A DNA stretch of 64,000 nt from an uncultured Acidimicrobiales bacterium (GCA_963715325.1 CAVQRR010000013.1:113642-177641); one strand, 5' to 3'. Counted from the first letter of the stretch, positions 29,755 to 41,436 are shown. The notes: generated by a model from the sequence alone, not told the origin. Made by a program: numbers and translations.

Positions 29755-30552
29755 CTACAGCAGTCGCTCGACCTTGGTCCCGGCCGGCAACGCCAGGTAG
29801 TTGAAACCCCGGTACGGGTAGGTGCCTGCCTTCTCGAACGACTCCCTGGTCATCGAGTCGCGGCCGAAGACGAAGTCCACCATCGAGTACACGTCGTACC
29901 CTCGCTCGGCGAGGAAGTCGAAGAGATCGGCTCGCTCGTATCCAAACCTCTGAAGCTGGCTGCTCGGTCCGCACTCGAAGAGAATCGCCGGCTTGTGCCT
30001 GCTGAGCACCTCCTCAGCCCCCCGCAGGGTCGACAGCTCAGCACCCTCGACGTCGATCTTGAGGAAGTCGATTCGATCGCGGTCGGCGAGCTCCTTGTCG
30101 AGGGTCACCAACCGCACCTCGTAGCTGCGGATCGTCGAGTCGTCGACGGGCCGCTGCAAGCCGCTGAAGCCGGGGCGATCCAGGTCGTCGTAGAACAACG
30201 CCGTGCCCGGCTCCTCAGCAGTGGCCGCCTCGACGATCCGGACGTCGCCGAACTTCCTTCGCAGCAGCCTGGCCTTGGCCGGCGTCGGCTCGAACCCGAC
30301 ATGGGATCCGCAGGGCGCCAGGCGGCGGATCTCGGCCAGCATCGAACCGATGTGCGCACCGACGTCGACGCAGTTGTCATCGGGGGCGATCAGGGTTTCC
30401 AGGGCCAGTTTGGTGCGGCCGTCCTCGAGGTAGAGGTCCCAGAGCTCGGGGTGGCGCATGCGCTGTGGGGTCTGTGAAATCCACCGCAGCCGGTGGCCGA
30501 TCCGGCTGAGCGGCGTGTCGACGACCATCTGTTTCACGTAGAGCTTCAGCAC
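29755..30552 (-). CDS. FkbM family methyltransferase
   Basis: VDVGAHIG, GFEP and IDFLKIDVEGAE. Start uncertain (30552-30597). Confidence 0.9.
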   Translation of the reverse strand: MLKLYVKQMVVDTPLSRIGHRLRWISQTPQRMRHPELWDLYLEDGRTKLALETLIAPDDNCVDVGAHIGSMLAEIRRLAPCGSHVGFEPTPAKARLLRRKFGDVRIVEAATAEEPGTALFYDDLDRPGFSGLQRPVDDSTIRSYEVRLVTLDKELADRDRIDFLKIDVEGAELSTLRGAEEVLSRHKPAILFECGPSSQLQRFGYERADLFDFLAERGYDVYSMVDFVFGRDSMTRESFEKAGTYPYRGFNYLALPAGTKVERLL

Positions 30553-30677
30553 CGAGTACTGCTTAGCATCACTTCCACCCCGCAGGGGCGCAGGCAACCA
30601 GACAGTGCATCGTCACCTCGCCGCCACATCGCAGGCCACCTCGCCGCCACATTTCGGCCACATCGCCGCCGATGTGT

Positions 30678-30956
30678 TCAGCGGCGCAGGCCAAGTTCTG
30701 CGATGAGCGAACGGTACCGCTCGACGTCGATGTCAGCCAGGTAATCGAGCATGCGGCGGCGACGGCCGACAAGCGCCAACAAGCCACGCTGGCTGTGGAA
30801 GTCCTTCTTGTGGATCTTGAGGTGCTCGGTCAGGTGGTTGATCCGATCGGTGGCCAGTGCGATCTGCACCTCCGGCGAGCCGGTGTCGCCATCGGCCTTC
30901 TGGTACTTGGCGATGGTGGCTCCCTTTGGGGGGAGGTTGGCAGCCAGCTTGCTCAT
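30678..30956 (-). CDS. rpsO: 30S ribosomal protein S15
   Basis: [23 protein letters not shown] and LIAELGLRR; AGGAG RBS. Confidence 0.98.
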   Translation of the reverse strand: MSKLAANLPPKGATIAKYQKADGDTGSPEVQIALATDRINHLTEHLKIHKKDFHSQRGLLALVGRRRRMLDYLADIDVERYRSLIAELGLRR

Positions 30957-31176
30957 GATCGGAACTCCTGTTGAACGGTATGCGGCCGATCGATCTGATG
31001 GCATCGCAAGAAACAGTTGTGTGGGACCTGGGGCCCTGCCATCGTTATCGTCCGACCGCATCGGATGCGTGGAGGTACGAGTACAACAGCCGTGCCAAGG
31101 GTAGCTGTGCCGGCCGGTGCTACCACCCGACGGTGGCGGAGTTGGTCGAGATCCGACTGCGCTGCACACTGTCGCC

Positions 31177-32379
31177 ATGGAAATCGTTGCGTTCGAGAGC
31201 TTTGTCGTCGGCAATCCCCCACCCCACAAGGGCGGTCGCTACTTCATCTTCGTGAAGCTCGTCACCGCCGACGGCATTGTCGGCTACGGCGAGGTCTACA
31301 CCGCCACCTTCTCACCCGACGTGGTTGCGGCGATGATCGATGACGTCTGCTTGCGCCATGTCGTCGGCTCCGATCCCCACCACATCGAGCGCCTGTGGCG
31401 GGTGACGTACAGCCGTGGCTATTCGGCCCGCCCGGACCTCTCGCTCGTCTCGGTGCTGAGCGGCATCGAAATCGCCTGCTGGGACATCATCGGCAAGGCG
31501 GCAGGAAAACCGGTCTACGAGCTGCTTGGGGGCCGGGTCCACGAGCGGATCCGAACCTACACCTACCTCTACCCCGCTGACTCCAGGGTCGACATCCATG
31601 CCGGCACCGATGTCTACGCCGAACCGGGGGTTGCCGCGGCCCGAGCCGTCGAGTACATCGATCGGGGCTTCACCGGCCTCAAGCTCGACCCGATGGGCGG
31701 CTACTCGGCATTCGATCCCCGCCAGCCGTCGCTGGAACGCCTCGACCTCGCCGAGGCCATGGTGTCCTCCATCCGGGAGGCGATCGGGAACCGGGCCGAC
31801 ATCCTGTTCGGTACCCACGGCCAATTCAGCGCCTCGGGGGCGATCCGGTTGGCGGCCAGGCTGGAGCAGTACGATCCGTTGTGGTTCGAGGAGCCGACCC
31901 CGCCGGAGATGCCGGAGGAGATGGCCAAGGTGGCAGCATCGACCACCATTCCCGTGGCCACCGGCGAGCGGCTGACGACCAAGTACGAGTTCCGCAGGGT
32001 GTTGGAACAGGGAGCGGCGTCGATTCTCCAGCCCGCGCTGGGTCGGGTCGGTGGACTGCTCGAGGGAAAGAAGATCGCCGGCATGGCCGAGGCCCACTAC
32101 GCCCACATCGCCCCCCACCTCTACTGCGGCCCGATCGAGGCCGCGGCCAACATCACCCTGGCCGTCTGCAGCCCCAACTTCCTGATTCTCGAGGCCATCG
32201 AGGACTGGTCCGGCTTTCACGCCGAGTTGCTGGTGGAACCGATCCAATGGGAGGACGGCTACGTCATCCCATCGAGCGCGCCTGGCATCGGGGTGACTCT
32301 GGATGAGGACGTGGCCCGAGCCAATCCCTACGTCGGGGATCTCCTCCACCTGGAGATGCACGAGCAGCCACTTGGCTGA
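31177..32379 (+). CDS. Mandelate racemase/muconate lactonizing enzyme family (enolase superfamily)
   Basis: [34 protein letters not shown] and APHLYCGP. Confidence 0.92.
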   Translation: MEIVAFESFVVGNPPPHKGGRYFIFVKLVTADGIVGYGEVYTATFSPDVVAAMIDDVCLRHVVGSDPHHIERLWRVTYSRGYSARPDLSLVSVLSGIEIACWDIIGKAAGKPVYELLGGRVHERIRTYTYLYPADSRVDIHAGTDVYAEPGVAAARAVEYIDRGFTGLKLDPMGGYSAFDPRQPSLERLDLAEAMVSSIREAIGNRADILFGTHGQFSASGAIRLAARLEQYDPLWFEEPTPPEMPEEMAKVAASTTIPVATGERLTTKYEFRRVLEQGAASILQPALGRVGGLLEGKKIAGMAEAHYAHIAPHLYCGPIEAAANITLAVCSPNFLILEAIEDWSGFHAELLVEPIQWEDGYVIPSSAPGIGVTLDEDVARANPYVGDLLHLEMHEQPLG

Positions 32380-32434
32380 CGTCGATACCCTGCACCGACG
32401 CCGCTGCAGCCGACACCGGGGGTGAGAACCCGGG

Positions 32435-33409
32435 TCAGCCGAACTGGGGTGAGGAACGGTCGAGGATCTCCCTCGCTCGGGCGATGTCTCGCTGCAGTTG
32501 CGCAGCGAGCGCCTCGATGCCGTCGAATCGTTGCTCGGATCGCAGCAGCTCGACGAAACGGACCCGGGCCGGCTCGTGGTACAGATCTCCGTCGAAATCC
32601 AGCAGGTGGGCCTCCAGCAGGGAGTGCTCGGCGTCACGGTAGAAGGTCGGCCGCTTTCCGATGTTGATGGCGCACGGCCATTGCGAGCCGTCCGGACGAA
32701 GGTACCAGCCGGCGTAGACCCCGTCGGCGGGCATGGCCAGATCTCGGGCGACGGCGATGTTGGCGGTGGGAAAGCCGATCGTCCGACCCCGCTGGTCACC
32801 CTCGACCACCGGGCCCCGGATCTCGTGATAGCGCCCGAGCAACCTCGAGGCGGTTGCCACCTCGCCGTCGGCCAGCGCTCGGCGGATGGCGGTCGACGAG
32901 ACCGATTCAACCGTCCCGTCCGGCCGGGGAAGGAGTTGCAGTCCCTCCACATCGAAACCGTTCTTGCGACCCAGTTCGATCAACAACTCGACGTTGCCCG
33001 CTCGACCTTTCCCGAAATGGAAATCGTGGCCGACCACCACCGCCTTGGCCCCCATCAGATCGACGAGCACGTTCTCGACGAACTCCTCGGCGGTCTCGGC
33101 GGCCCGGACCTCGTCGAAGGGCACCACCAGCACGGTGTCGACCCCGAGCTGTTCCAGGAGGTCGATCTTCTGGTCGATGTCGGTCAGGAGCAGCGGAGCG
33201 CTGTCTGGCCGCAGGATCACCGCAGGATGCGGATGGAACGTCACCACGGCGGTGTCGAGGCCGAGACGCTCTGCTGTCTGCTGGGTGGCCCGTATCACCG
33301 CCTGGTGACCGATGTGTACGCCGTCGTAGGTGCCGATGGTCACCGCGTGGCCGGTCGCCGTACCGGCACCGGCCCGGCTGAACTGCTCGATGTCGCGAAT
33401 CACATCCAC
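32435..33409 (-). CDS. ribF: Bifunctional riboflavin kinase/FAD synthetase
   Basis: GTYDGVHIGH, VSSTAIR, GFPTAN and EAHLLDF. Confidence 0.97.
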   Translation of the reverse strand: MDVIRDIEQFSRAGAGTATGHAVTIGTYDGVHIGHQAVIRATQQTAERLGLDTAVVTFHPHPAVILRPDSAPLLLTDIDQKIDLLEQLGVDTVLVVPFDEVRAAETAEEFVENVLVDLMGAKAVVVGHDFHFGKGRAGNVELLIELGRKNGFDVEGLQLLPRPDGTVESVSSTAIRRALADGEVATASRLLGRYHEIRGPVVEGDQRGRTIGFPTANIAVARDLAMPADGVYAGWYLRPDGSQWPCAINIGKRPTFYRDAEHSLLEAHLLDFDGDLYHEPARVRFVELLRSEQRFDGIEALAAQLQRDIARAREILDRSSPQFG

Positions 33410-33431
33410 TGCATCGAAACGCTATCGGCCT

Positions 33432-34310
33432 TCAGCTGCCGGTCAGAACTTTTGCCGCACAAAGGTTCCCGTCCCTGGCCTCGTACACCGCGAGCACGCC
33501 GCCGCCGGGGCCGGTCACCGCCAGGTAGCCGGCACCACCGGCCGGGCCGAGGGACTGCCCGTGGGTGACCTTTCGGGCCATCTCGGCGTCGACCTCGAGA
33601 ATCGGCATTCCCCTGACGAGATCGGCCACCGGTGTCAGCTCGATGTCTTCGACGGAGCAGGCCTGATCGAGGGTGAAGAGCCCGACCGCGGTCCGTCGCA
33701 GGTTTCGCAGGTGGGCACCGCCGCCGAGCGCCCGACCCAGATCGGCGGCCAGGGTCCGGATATAGGTGCCCGAGGAGCAGTCCACGTCGGCCCGGTAGAC
33801 CAGCGGGTCGTCGGTCGGCGCCACGTCGAACCGGTGAACGGTCACCGATCTGGGGGCCCGTTCCACCTCCTTGCCCTCCCTGGCCAGCTCGTGGAGGCGT
33901 TTGCCGTCCACCTTGATGGCCGAGACCATGGGCGGAATCTGTTCGATGGGGCCGACGAACCGCTCGGAGGCGGCGACGACCGCCGCCGGTTCGAGGGTCA
34001 TGTCGTGGCGGGCAACGACCTCGCCGGCGGCGTCGAGGGTCGAGGTCTCGACGCCGAACACGATCTCGCCCACATAGCTCTTGTCGGCTCCGGTCACGAA
34101 CTGCAAGAGCTTCGTCCCGGCCCCGACGCCGAGCACGAGCACCCCGGTGGCGTCGGGGTCGAGGGTGCCGGCATGGCCGACCTTCCTCGTACCGAGGGCC
34201 CTGCGGACCTGATCGACCACGTCGTGGCTCGTGCACCCGGTCGGCTTGTCGATCACCACACAGCCGGACACGCCGGAGTCGGGACCCTTGTTCCTCGATC
34301 GGCGACCCAC
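33432..34310 (-). CDS. truB: tRNA pseudouridine(55) synthase
   Basis: DKPTGCTSHD, KVGHAGTLDP, PPMVSAIK and CSSGTYIR. Confidence 0.97.
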   Translation of the reverse strand: MGRRSRNKGPDSGVSGCVVIDKPTGCTSHDVVDQVRRALGTRKVGHAGTLDPDATGVLVLGVGAGTKLLQFVTGADKSYVGEIVFGVETSTLDAAGEVVARHDMTLEPAAVVAASERFVGPIEQIPPMVSAIKVDGKRLHELAREGKEVERAPRSVTVHRFDVAPTDDPLVYRADVDCSSGTYIRTLAADLGRALGGGAHLRNLRRTAVGLFTLDQACSVEDIELTPVADLVRGMPILEVDAEMARKVTHGQSLGPAGGAGYLAVTGPGGGVLAVYEARDGNLCAAKVLTGS

Positions 34311-34317
34311 CGGCCCG

Positions 34318-34920
34318 CTACCCGTTGCTCTCGGTGCCGGGCCGCTCGACGCCGCCGGCAGCGGCGCCAGTGTCACCGCCGGCATCGCCAGCGCTTCCGG
34401 CGTCGGCGTCGGTGCCAAGATCGGCGCCAGTGTCACCACCGGTATCGCCATCGCTTCCGGCGTCGGCATCGGTGCCAAGATCGCTGAGCGAACTGAGGAT
34501 CTCCTCGATCCTCGCTCCGGCCCGTACCGCCGGATCGAACAGGAAGACCACTTCGGGGGTCTTGCGGATTCTCGCCTCCCGGGCGATCTCCGCCTGGACC
34601 GGCTTGCGGTACTCCGAGAGAGCGTCGAGGAACTCGGCTTCGGCTTCTGCGCCGTCGACGGCCTCGATGGTGCTGATGAAGACCTCGGCCCGGTTGAGAT
34701 CGTTGTCGACCTCGACCCCGGTCACCGTCACGAACCCGATGCGATCGTCGTCGAGCCGCTCCATGTACCCGGCCACGATCTCCTGCAGCAGGGTGTTGAG
34801 CCTTGCGGTCCGCGGGTAGTGGCGTTTGGTCTGCGGTCTGGCGGCCCGGGCCGCGCCGGAACGGCCGCCGGATCGGGAACGGGAGCCGTTGGAACGACGC
34901 CCTTTCGGTGGCTTCGCCAT
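34318..34920 (-). CDS. rbfA: Ribosome-binding factor A with repeat-containing acidic tail
   Basis: YPRTARLN, FVTVTGVEV and IRKTPEVVF; lies between DUF503 and truB. Confidence 0.92.
   Translation of the reverse strand: MAKPPKGRRSNGSRSRSGGRSGAARAARPQTKRHYPRTARLNTLLQEIVAGYMERLDDDRIGFVTVTGVEVDNDLNRAEVFISTIEAVDGAEAEAEFLDALSEYRKPVQAEIAREARIRKTPEVVFLFDPAVRAGARIEEILSSLSDLGTDADAGSDGDTGGDTGADLGTDADAGSAGDAGGDTGAAAGGVERPGTESNG
34362..34483. repeat. 60-bp tandem duplication in the rbfA tail
   Basis: Two near-identical copies encoding DLGTDADAGS(D/A)GD(T/A)GGDTGA. Confidence 0.9.
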
Positions 34921-35210
34921 CAGTTCTCCTCCCACCAGCTTCGTCGGAAGTCCAACACGTCGATCGCAGGTCGTGACCAGACGGAACGCTCGACGTTGTC
35001 CATCACCGACTGCACGTGCGCGACCTCGCCCCCGACGACGGCAACGCCTATCCGGGTTCGCTGCCACAGCTCGTGATGGCCGACCTCGGAGGCCGCAACA
35101 CCGTGCATCTGATCCAGGGTCCTGACGATGGAGGTCACAACGGAGCGCTTTTCCTTCAAGCTGCCTGCAGCCGGAATGTGGATGTCGATCTCGGCGATCA
35201 GGACGTACAT
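34920..35210 (-). CDS. DUF503 (YlxP) family protein
   Basis: SLKEKRSVV and ASEVGHHELWQR; between infB and rbfA. Confidence 0.9.
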   Translation of the reverse strand: MYVLIAEIDIHIPAAGSLKEKRSVVTSIVRTLDQMHGVAASEVGHHELWQRTRIGVAVVGGEVAHVQSVMDNVERSVWSRPAIDVLDFRRSWWEEN

Positions 35211-35303
35211 AGTGGCGACCGGCCCGTCGGCCGACCGGGGGCCTCATCGATCGAAAGACCGGACGATGGCCGGTGGCGGGGATCTCGGCCGGTCACGATC
35301 GGC

Positions 35304-38243
35304 CTATTCGATGGGGATCTCCCGGTCCTCGTAGGTCTCGATCGTGTCACCCTCTTTGAGATCCTGGAAGTCCGACAGGCCGATACCACATTCGAACCCG
35401 GCTGCGACCTCCTGGGCATCATCCTTGAATCGCTTGAGCGACTGGATCGAACCCTTCCAGATGATCGTGCCCTCGCGCAGGAACCGCACCTTCGAGCCTC
35501 GGGTGATGACGCCGCTGGTGACCATGCAACCGGCGATCGAACCGATCCTCGGCACCCGGAAGATCTCCCGGACCTCGGCTTCACCGGTGACCACCTCTTC
35601 ATACTCCGGCTCGAGCAGGCCGAGCATGGCGTTCTCGATGTCTTCGAGGAGCTTGTAGATGATCTCGTAGTTGCGGATCTCGACCTTCTCCTGCTCGGCC
35701 AATTCCCTGGCCTTGCGATCCGGTCGGACGTTGAACCCGAGAATGGTGGCGTTGGACGCCGCCGCCAGCTGGACGTCGTTCTCGGTGATACCACCGACGC
35801 CCCGCAACACGAAGGCCAACTTCACATCATCTCGTTCACGCTTCTTGAGGCTGTCGCAGACCGCTTCGAGCGAGCCGTTCACATCGGCCTTCACGATCAG
35901 GTTCAGCGTCGCCGCTTCACCGGCCTGGATCTGCTTGAAGATGTCTTCCAGCTTGGCGCCGCCGCTGGTGGCCGAGGCGTCGCGGCCAAGGCTGGCCAGG
36001 CGCTGCCAGTGCTCCCTGGTGTCTGCGACCTTGCTCGCCATCTTCTCGTTGGGGGCGATGACGAACGTGTCTCCGGCTTCGGCCACCTCGTTGAGGCCCA
36101 GGACCTGGACCGGGGTGGAGGGCGGCGCACTCTCGATGCGCTCACCACGATCGTTGACCAGGGCCCGCACCCGACCCCATGCCGCACCTGCGACCAGCGG
36201 GTCGCCGACGTTGAGCGTGCCACGCTCGACCAGCACGGTGGCCACCGGGCCACGGCCGATGTCGAGATGGGCCTCCAGGACCGAGCCCGCGGCCCGCCCC
36301 TCGGTGGTTGCCCGCATGTCCTCGACCTCGGCGACGAGGTTCAGGTTGTCGATCAGATCATCGATGCCATCGCCGGTCATGGCGGACACCGGAACCATGA
36401 TGGCGTCTCCACCCCATGCCTCGGGCACCAGGCCTCGCTCGGAGAGCTGGGTCATCACCCGGTCCGGGTTCGCCCCCTCACGATCCATCTTGTTGATGGC
36501 GACGACGATCGGCACCTCGGCCGCTCGTGCGTGGTCCAGCGCTTCGAGCGTCTGAGGCATCACACCGTCATCGGCCGCCACCACCAGAACCACGATGTCG
36601 GTCACGTCGGCCCCGCGGGCCCGCATCGAGGTGAACGCCTCGTGGCCGGGGGTGTCGAGGAAGGTGAGCACCTTGCCGTCTCGTTCGATCTGGTAGGCCC
36701 CGATGTGCTGGGTGATTCCGCCGGCCTCACCCTCGACCACATTGGCCGATCGGATCCGGTCCAGCAGCAGTGTCTTTCCATGGTCGACGTGACCCATCAC
36801 GGTGATCACCGGTGGGCGTGTCGGCCAACTGTCGACGATGTCGTCGTCGTCCTCGTCGTCGAACTCCAGGAGCTTGCGGAGCTCGACCTCCTGCTCCTCG
36901 CCGGGGTCGACCAGCTTGATCTCGGCGCCGATGTCCTCGGCGAACATCATGATCATGTCGTCGGTCAACGACTGGGTGGCGGTGACCATCTCACCGTTGG
37001 TCAACAGGAACCGGACGACGTCTGCCGCGGTCCGGTTCAGACGAGGGCCGAGATCCTGGGCCGTGGAGGACCGCTCGATGACGATCTCGCCGGTTGGGAT
37101 GGGCGCGTCCTCGGCCGAATACGTCGGCACGTCCATCGGGGTGAGTTCTTCCCTACTGCGACGGCGCCTGCTCTTGCGGCGCTGACGGCCACGGTTCGGC
37201 CCACCACGACCGGGAGGTCCGCCTCGACCGGGAGGGCCACCACGACTGGGACCCGGCTGGCTGGGACCGCCACCACTGGGCGCGCCTCGGCCGCCGCCGG
37301 GAGGACCGCTGCTGCGGAAGCCGCCGGGGCGGGATGAAGAATCGCTGCGGCCACCGCCGGGACCAGATGGCCTCGGCCGACCGCCCCCGGGCGGAGGCGG
37401 AATCGGCTTGCCTCCCCGACCACGGGGCGGGCCGGGAGGGGGCGGAATCGGCTTTCGGGCCTGTGGCGGCGCAGTGCCGGCCTCGGCCTTGGCGGTCGGT
37501 TGCTCTGCCGATGCCGGAGCTCCCGCCGACGAAGCCGGAGCCGATGCGTCGGCCGGGGCCGGTGATGACGCAGCCGCCGGTTGGGGCGCAGCCGCCGGGG
37601 CCTCGGGCGCCGGAGTCGGGGTGGGAGCCATCTCGGCGGCGGCCGGCGCCGGCGCCGGGGCCGGTGTGGCGGGCGCCGGTTGGGGCGCAGCCGGTGCGGC
37701 GGCAGGCGGTGCAGAAGCCGCAGGAGCGGACACCTTGGGCTCGGAGACCGGTGCCGGCAGGGACACAGCGGGGGCCGGCGCAGGGGCCTCGGCCGCCTTG
37801 ATCGCCGGCGGTGGCGGTGGAATCGATTTCGATGCCTCACTCGACGGCTTGACCCCGGCTGAGGAGACAACCTTGCGAGGGGGCGCACTCGGCTTCGGAA
37901 CCGGTCCGTCATCGGCGGCGGCGGCGCCTCGTTCCCCCTCAGCCGATTGGGCATCGTCGGCCTCCCTGGCGACGGCCTTCTTCTTCGGTGGTGGCTTCTT
38001 GGTGGAGATGACGGTCTCGGCTGCGCCGGCACCATCAGCACCGGAGGCGACCGGCTCGGCGGCCGGCTGCTTGATCAAGCCGTCGCGCTTGGCCTTACGT
38101 CGGAGACGATCGGCCTGCGCTTCTACGACACTCGAGGAATGACTCTTTACTCCGATGCCGAGGGCATCACAGAGGTCGATAATCTCTTTGTTGGAAAGAC
38201 CCAACTCTCTGGCGAGTTCGTAGACCCGGACTTTTGATGGCAC
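35304..38243 (-). CDS. infB: Translation initiation factor IF-2
   Basis: [38 protein letters not shown] and GFECGI. Confidence 0.99.
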   Translation of the reverse strand: MPSKVRVYELARELGLSNKEIIDLCDALGIGVKSHSSSVVEAQADRLRRKAKRDGLIKQPAAEPVASGADGAGAAETVISTKKPPPKKKAVAREADDAQSAEGERGAAAADDGPVPKPSAPPRKVVSSAGVKPSSEASKSIPPPPPAIKAAEAPAPAPAVSLPAPVSEPKVSAPAASAPPAAAPAAPQPAPATPAPAPAPAAAEMAPTPTPAPEAPAAAPQPAAASSPAPADASAPASSAGAPASAEQPTAKAEAGTAPPQARKPIPPPPGPPRGRGGKPIPPPPGGGRPRPSGPGGGRSDSSSRPGGFRSSGPPGGGRGAPSGGGPSQPGPSRGGPPGRGGPPGRGGPNRGRQRRKSRRRRSREELTPMDVPTYSAEDAPIPTGEIVIERSSTAQDLGPRLNRTAADVVRFLLTNGEMVTATQSLTDDMIMMFAEDIGAEIKLVDPGEEQEVELRKLLEFDDEDDDDIVDSWPTRPPVITVMGHVDHGKTLLLDRIRSANVVEGEAGGITQHIGAYQIERDGKVLTFLDTPGHEAFTSMRARGADVTDIVVLVVAADDGVMPQTLEALDHARAAEVPIVVAINKMDREGANPDRVMTQLSERGLVPEAWGGDAIMVPVSAMTGDGIDDLIDNLNLVAEVEDMRATTEGRAAGSVLEAHLDIGRGPVATVLVERGTLNVGDPLVAGAAWGRVRALVNDRGERIESAPPSTPVQVLGLNEVAEAGDTFVIAPNEKMASKVADTREHWQRLASLGRDASATSGGAKLEDIFKQIQAGEAATLNLIVKADVNGSLEAVCDSLKKRERDDVKLAFVLRGVGGITENDVQLAAASNATILGFNVRPDRKARELAEQEKVEIRNYEIIYKLLEDIENAMLGLLEPEYEEVVTGEAEVREIFRVPRIGSIAGCMVTSGVITRGSKVRFLREGTIIWKGSIQSLKRFKDDAQEVAAGFECGIGLSDFQDLKEGDTIETYEDREIPIE

Positions 38244-38349
38244 GTTGTTGAGATCACCTCTGAAAACAGGTCGCTACAGCGTAGCGAGACAACGGCTTAT
38301 CCTACCGGCCGAGAGCCGGAGACCCATCAAATCATGCCACTTGAACCTA

Positions 38350-38643
38350 TTACGAACTGAAGGCGACCCGGCGATCGCCGTCTGGCCAACTCTGGCGCAG
38401 CTCCTCCACCGATTGCCGATCCGGGCAACGCCGGAAAGCCCGGGCCAACGCTTTGCTCTCGACGGCCAGATCAAAGCAGCGGCGGGGACGATCGCCGCAG
38501 AGCCAGGCGCCCCGCCCCGCTCCATGGCGGCCGACCCGGATCCGATCGAGATCGTCGATGTGGAGTCGGATCAGCTCGTCCTGGGGTCGGCGGGCACGAC
38601 AGCCGATACAGGTTCGTCGGGGTCCATCGACGGCCGCACCCAC
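38350..38643 (-). CDS. YlxR (DUF448) RNA-binding protein
   Basis: PRRTCIGCR and GRGAWLC; between nusA and infB. Confidence 0.9.
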   Translation of the reverse strand: MGAAVDGPRRTCIGCRARRPQDELIRLHIDDLDRIRVGRHGAGRGAWLCGDRPRRCFDLAVESKALARAFRRCPDRQSVEELRQSWPDGDRRVAFSS

Positions 38644-38647
38644 CCGG

Positions 38648-40218
38648 TCAATGGGAGACACCGGATTCGTCGACGGTTTCCGGTGCCGGTTCCTCGACGT
38701 TGGACGGTTCCGCCGCCGACGCAGCGGCATCCTCGGCATCGGCCAAGGTGTCATCATCGCCGGCCGCGGTCACGGGAGCGGGTTCTTCGTCGGCCGGGGC
38801 CGTCTCGCCGTTGTCGGAGCTCGCCTCCTCGCCGACGAGATCGACATCGGCATCGGCGGCATCGGCGACATCGGCATCGGCATCGGCATCGGCGGCATCG
38901 GCAGGTCAGCCTCGGCATCGGCATCGGCATCGGCATCGGCATCGGCGGAGTCAGCCTCGGCATCGGCATCGGCATCGGCGGAGTCAGCCTCGGCATCGGC
39001 ATTGGCATCGACAGGGTCAGTGCCGGCGGTGTCGCCGGTGGCCACCTCGCCGCCGTCGGCCGTTGCTGCGGTCTCGCCGTCAGTCGCGGCGTCATCGGCA
39101 ACGACCTCGTCATCGACCGAGGCGTTCCACTCATCGGCGGAGATCGCTGCCGAGCCGTCGGCCGGTTGCCACATCTGCTCGCCGGTCGCCGCATCGACGA
39201 TCCACTCTCCCTCGGCCCACTCCTCGCTCTCGTACTTGGCTTCCTCGATGAGTTGGGTCTCACTCTTGATGTCGATCCGCCACCCGGTCAACCGGTGAGC
39301 CAACCGCGCATTCTGGCCCTCCTTGCCGATGGCCAACGACAACTGGAAGTCGGGCACGATCACCTCGGCGGTGGCGGTGTCGAAGTCGATCCGAACCTCT
39401 TTGACCTTGGCCGGCGACAGCGCCTTGGCCACGAAGTCGTAGGGATCCTCGCTGAAGGGGATGATGTCGACCTTCTCCCCGTTCAGCTCATTGACCACCA
39501 TCCGGACCCGGGATCCCCTGGCGCCGACGCAGGCACCGACCGGGTCGACGTTCGGATCGTTCGACCAGACCGCGATCTTGGTCCGATGGCCCGGTTCCCG
39601 GGCGCAAGCCTTGATCTCGACGATGCCGTCGGCGATCTCGGGGACTTCGAGCTCGAACAGCCGCTTGATGAGCCCGGGGTGGGTTCGGCTGACCACGATC
39701 TGGGGGCCCTTCGCCGTGCGGCGGACCTCGACGATGTAGGCCTTGACCCGGTTGCCGCCCTCGGACCGCGGACCCATCGAGACCTGCTCGGCCTGGGGCA
39801 GCAACGCCTCCACTCGGCCGAGATCCAGCAGGGTGTAGCGGGAATCGGTCTGCTGGACGATGCCGGTGACGATGTCGCCCTCCCGACCGGCGTACTCCTC
39901 GTACTTCATCTCGCGCTCCACCTCGCGGATGCCCTGGGTCAGGATCTGCTTGGTGGTCTGGGCGGCGATGCGACCGAACGAGTCCGGCGTGACGTCCATC
40001 TCCTCGCCTACCGGCTCGCCGTCTTCGTCGAGCTCCTGGGCGAAGACCCGGATATCGAACGAGGCCGGATCGATGGTGACCCAGGCGTACTCGTAGGAGT
40101 CTGGCATGCGCTTGTAGGCCGACTCCAGGGCGTTGGCCATGATGCCAAAAAGCTTGTCTATGGAAATCCCGCGGTCCTCTGCCAGCGCCTGCAGCGCTTC
40201 GGTCATTTCGTTGCTCAT
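38648..40218 (-). CDS. nusA: Transcription termination factor NusA; acidic AD-repeat tail broken by a 1-bp deletion near 38903
   Basis: [25 protein letters not shown] and [12 protein letters not shown]. The uncorrected ORF ends at 38770; restoring 1 nt extends the acidic tail to TGA at 38648. Confidence 0.95.
38845..39010. repeat. GGCATC hexamer / Ala-Asp repeat array in the nusA tail
   Basis: Runs of ggcatc interleaved with the repeated block ggcggagtcagcctc. Confidence 0.9.
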
Positions 40219-41195
40219 GGCCGACCTCGTTCCTGTTCTGGTGTCTTCGGTTGTGATGTTGTCGACTTCTCGGCACCCGCCACGGTCTCGGCGGACGCGG
40301 TGCGATCCGGCGTCTCGGCGGACGCGGTGCGATCCGGCGTCTCAACGGACGCGGTGCGATCCGGCGTCTCAACAGAGGCGGTATCGCCCGGCGTCTCGAC
40401 AGAGACTGTGCCCCCGGGTCGCTTCTTGGCCGAGGCCTTCTTCTTCGATTTCCGCTGGGAGTGCTTCTGATTCTTCGGGTGGACGTTGGCCCCTGCACCC
40501 TTGTGGCCGGCCTTCGCCTGCCCCGGTTTCGGACCGGGTCCCCAGTCGAAGACCGTTCTGGCCGAAGCGACGTCTGCGAGGTCGATCCGCATCGTCTCCG
40601 ATCCGGCCAGATCCACGCCGTCGATCTCCACGACCTCGATCGTCAGCTCGGTGGCATCGACCGCCCTGAGCAGACCCTTGACCCGGCGTGGATCGATCCC
40701 GGGGATCGCCTTGACGACGATGCTCTCCCCGACCGCTCGCCGGTAGTGCTCCTGGCGACGAAGGGGTCGTTCGACGCCGGGGCTGGAAACCTCGAGCGTG
40801 TAACGGCCGGGAACAGGGTCATGCTGGTCGAGAATCGGCGAGATCAGGCGGTTGACCTTGGTCAGGCTGTCGGTTGTGACCCCATCCTCATGGTCGAGCA
40901 CGACCCGGAGCGTGCTCCCGGTCCACTCCACGTCGAGCAACTCGACCCCGACGGAGGCCACCACCGGCGACAGCAGCGCAGAGACGCGATCGGCCACCGG
41001 CGAGTCCATTCGCCGCCGGTTCGCTTCTGACGCCACGCCAGACTCGACGTCCTCATCGGCTGCGACGTCGACGGCGAGATCGGTTTGGCCACCGGCGGCC
41101 GAATCGGCGTCGATGGTGGCTTGGGGATCGCGACCGGGGGCGCCGTCGGCGGGGGCAGCACACTCTGGCCGGACGTCGACCGGTTCGCTTGGCAC
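40215..41195 (-). CDS. rimP: Ribosome maturation factor RimP with N- and C-terminal extensions
   Basis: YTLEVSSPGVERPL motif; AGGAGG RBS before GTG 41195. Confidence 0.93.
   Translation of the reverse strand: MPSEPVDVRPECAAPADGAPGRDPQATIDADSAAGGQTDLAVDVAADEDVESGVASEANRRRMDSPVADRVSALLSPVVASVGVELLDVEWTGSTLRVVLDHEDGVTTDSLTKVNRLISPILDQHDPVPGRYTLEVSSPGVERPLRRQEHYRRAVGESIVVKAIPGIDPRRVKGLLRAVDATELTIEVVEIDGVDLAGSETMRIDLADVASARTVFDWGPGPKPGQAKAGHKGAGANVHPKNQKHSQRKSKKKASAKKRPGGTVSVETPGDTASVETPDRTASVETPDRTASAETPDRTASAETVAGAEKSTTSQPKTPEQERGRP
40285..40410. repeat. 27-bp tandem repeat (ETPDRTASx, about 4-5 copies) in the rimP tail
   Basis: GTCTCGGCGGACGCGGTGCGATCCGGC and variants. Confidence 0.88.
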
Positions 41196-41265
41196 TGCTC
41201 ACCTCCTGCGCTTGCTTACGGTTCCGACCACCGGATGTCGCTGATGACGCGGCCTGGCGGAAATC

Positions 41266-41304
41266 AAAAGCGTGGGCCGCAGCCCACGCCTTGACCTCAT
41301 ACTA
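41266..41304 (-). promoter_or_regulatory. rimP leader hairpin (GTGGG/CCCAC plus U-run) and TAGTAT -10 box
   Basis: Minus strand reads TAGTAT...GCGTGGGCTGCGGCCCACGCTTTT, the hairpin/terminator form known upstream of rimP-nusA-infB operons. Confidence 0.75.
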
Positions 41305-41436
41305 GCCGAATTTCCGCCCGATCCGTCGGCGACCGATGCCGAGCGAACCGGAGAGAGCGGGACCGACCGGTCCACCGTCCACGGGCGGGTGGCGAGGCTC
41401 GGTTGCGCCGTTTCGTGACGAACCTAGGCTGGCCCC

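Noticed and set aside
35205-35262. Sequence resembling the Actino-pnp leader (TAGTGG...CCGG...CCGG...TCGATCGAAAGACCG)
   Set aside because: It is on the strand opposite the operon, about 6 kb from pnp, and lacks the 5' pairing arm; likely a chance hairpin between infB and DUF503.
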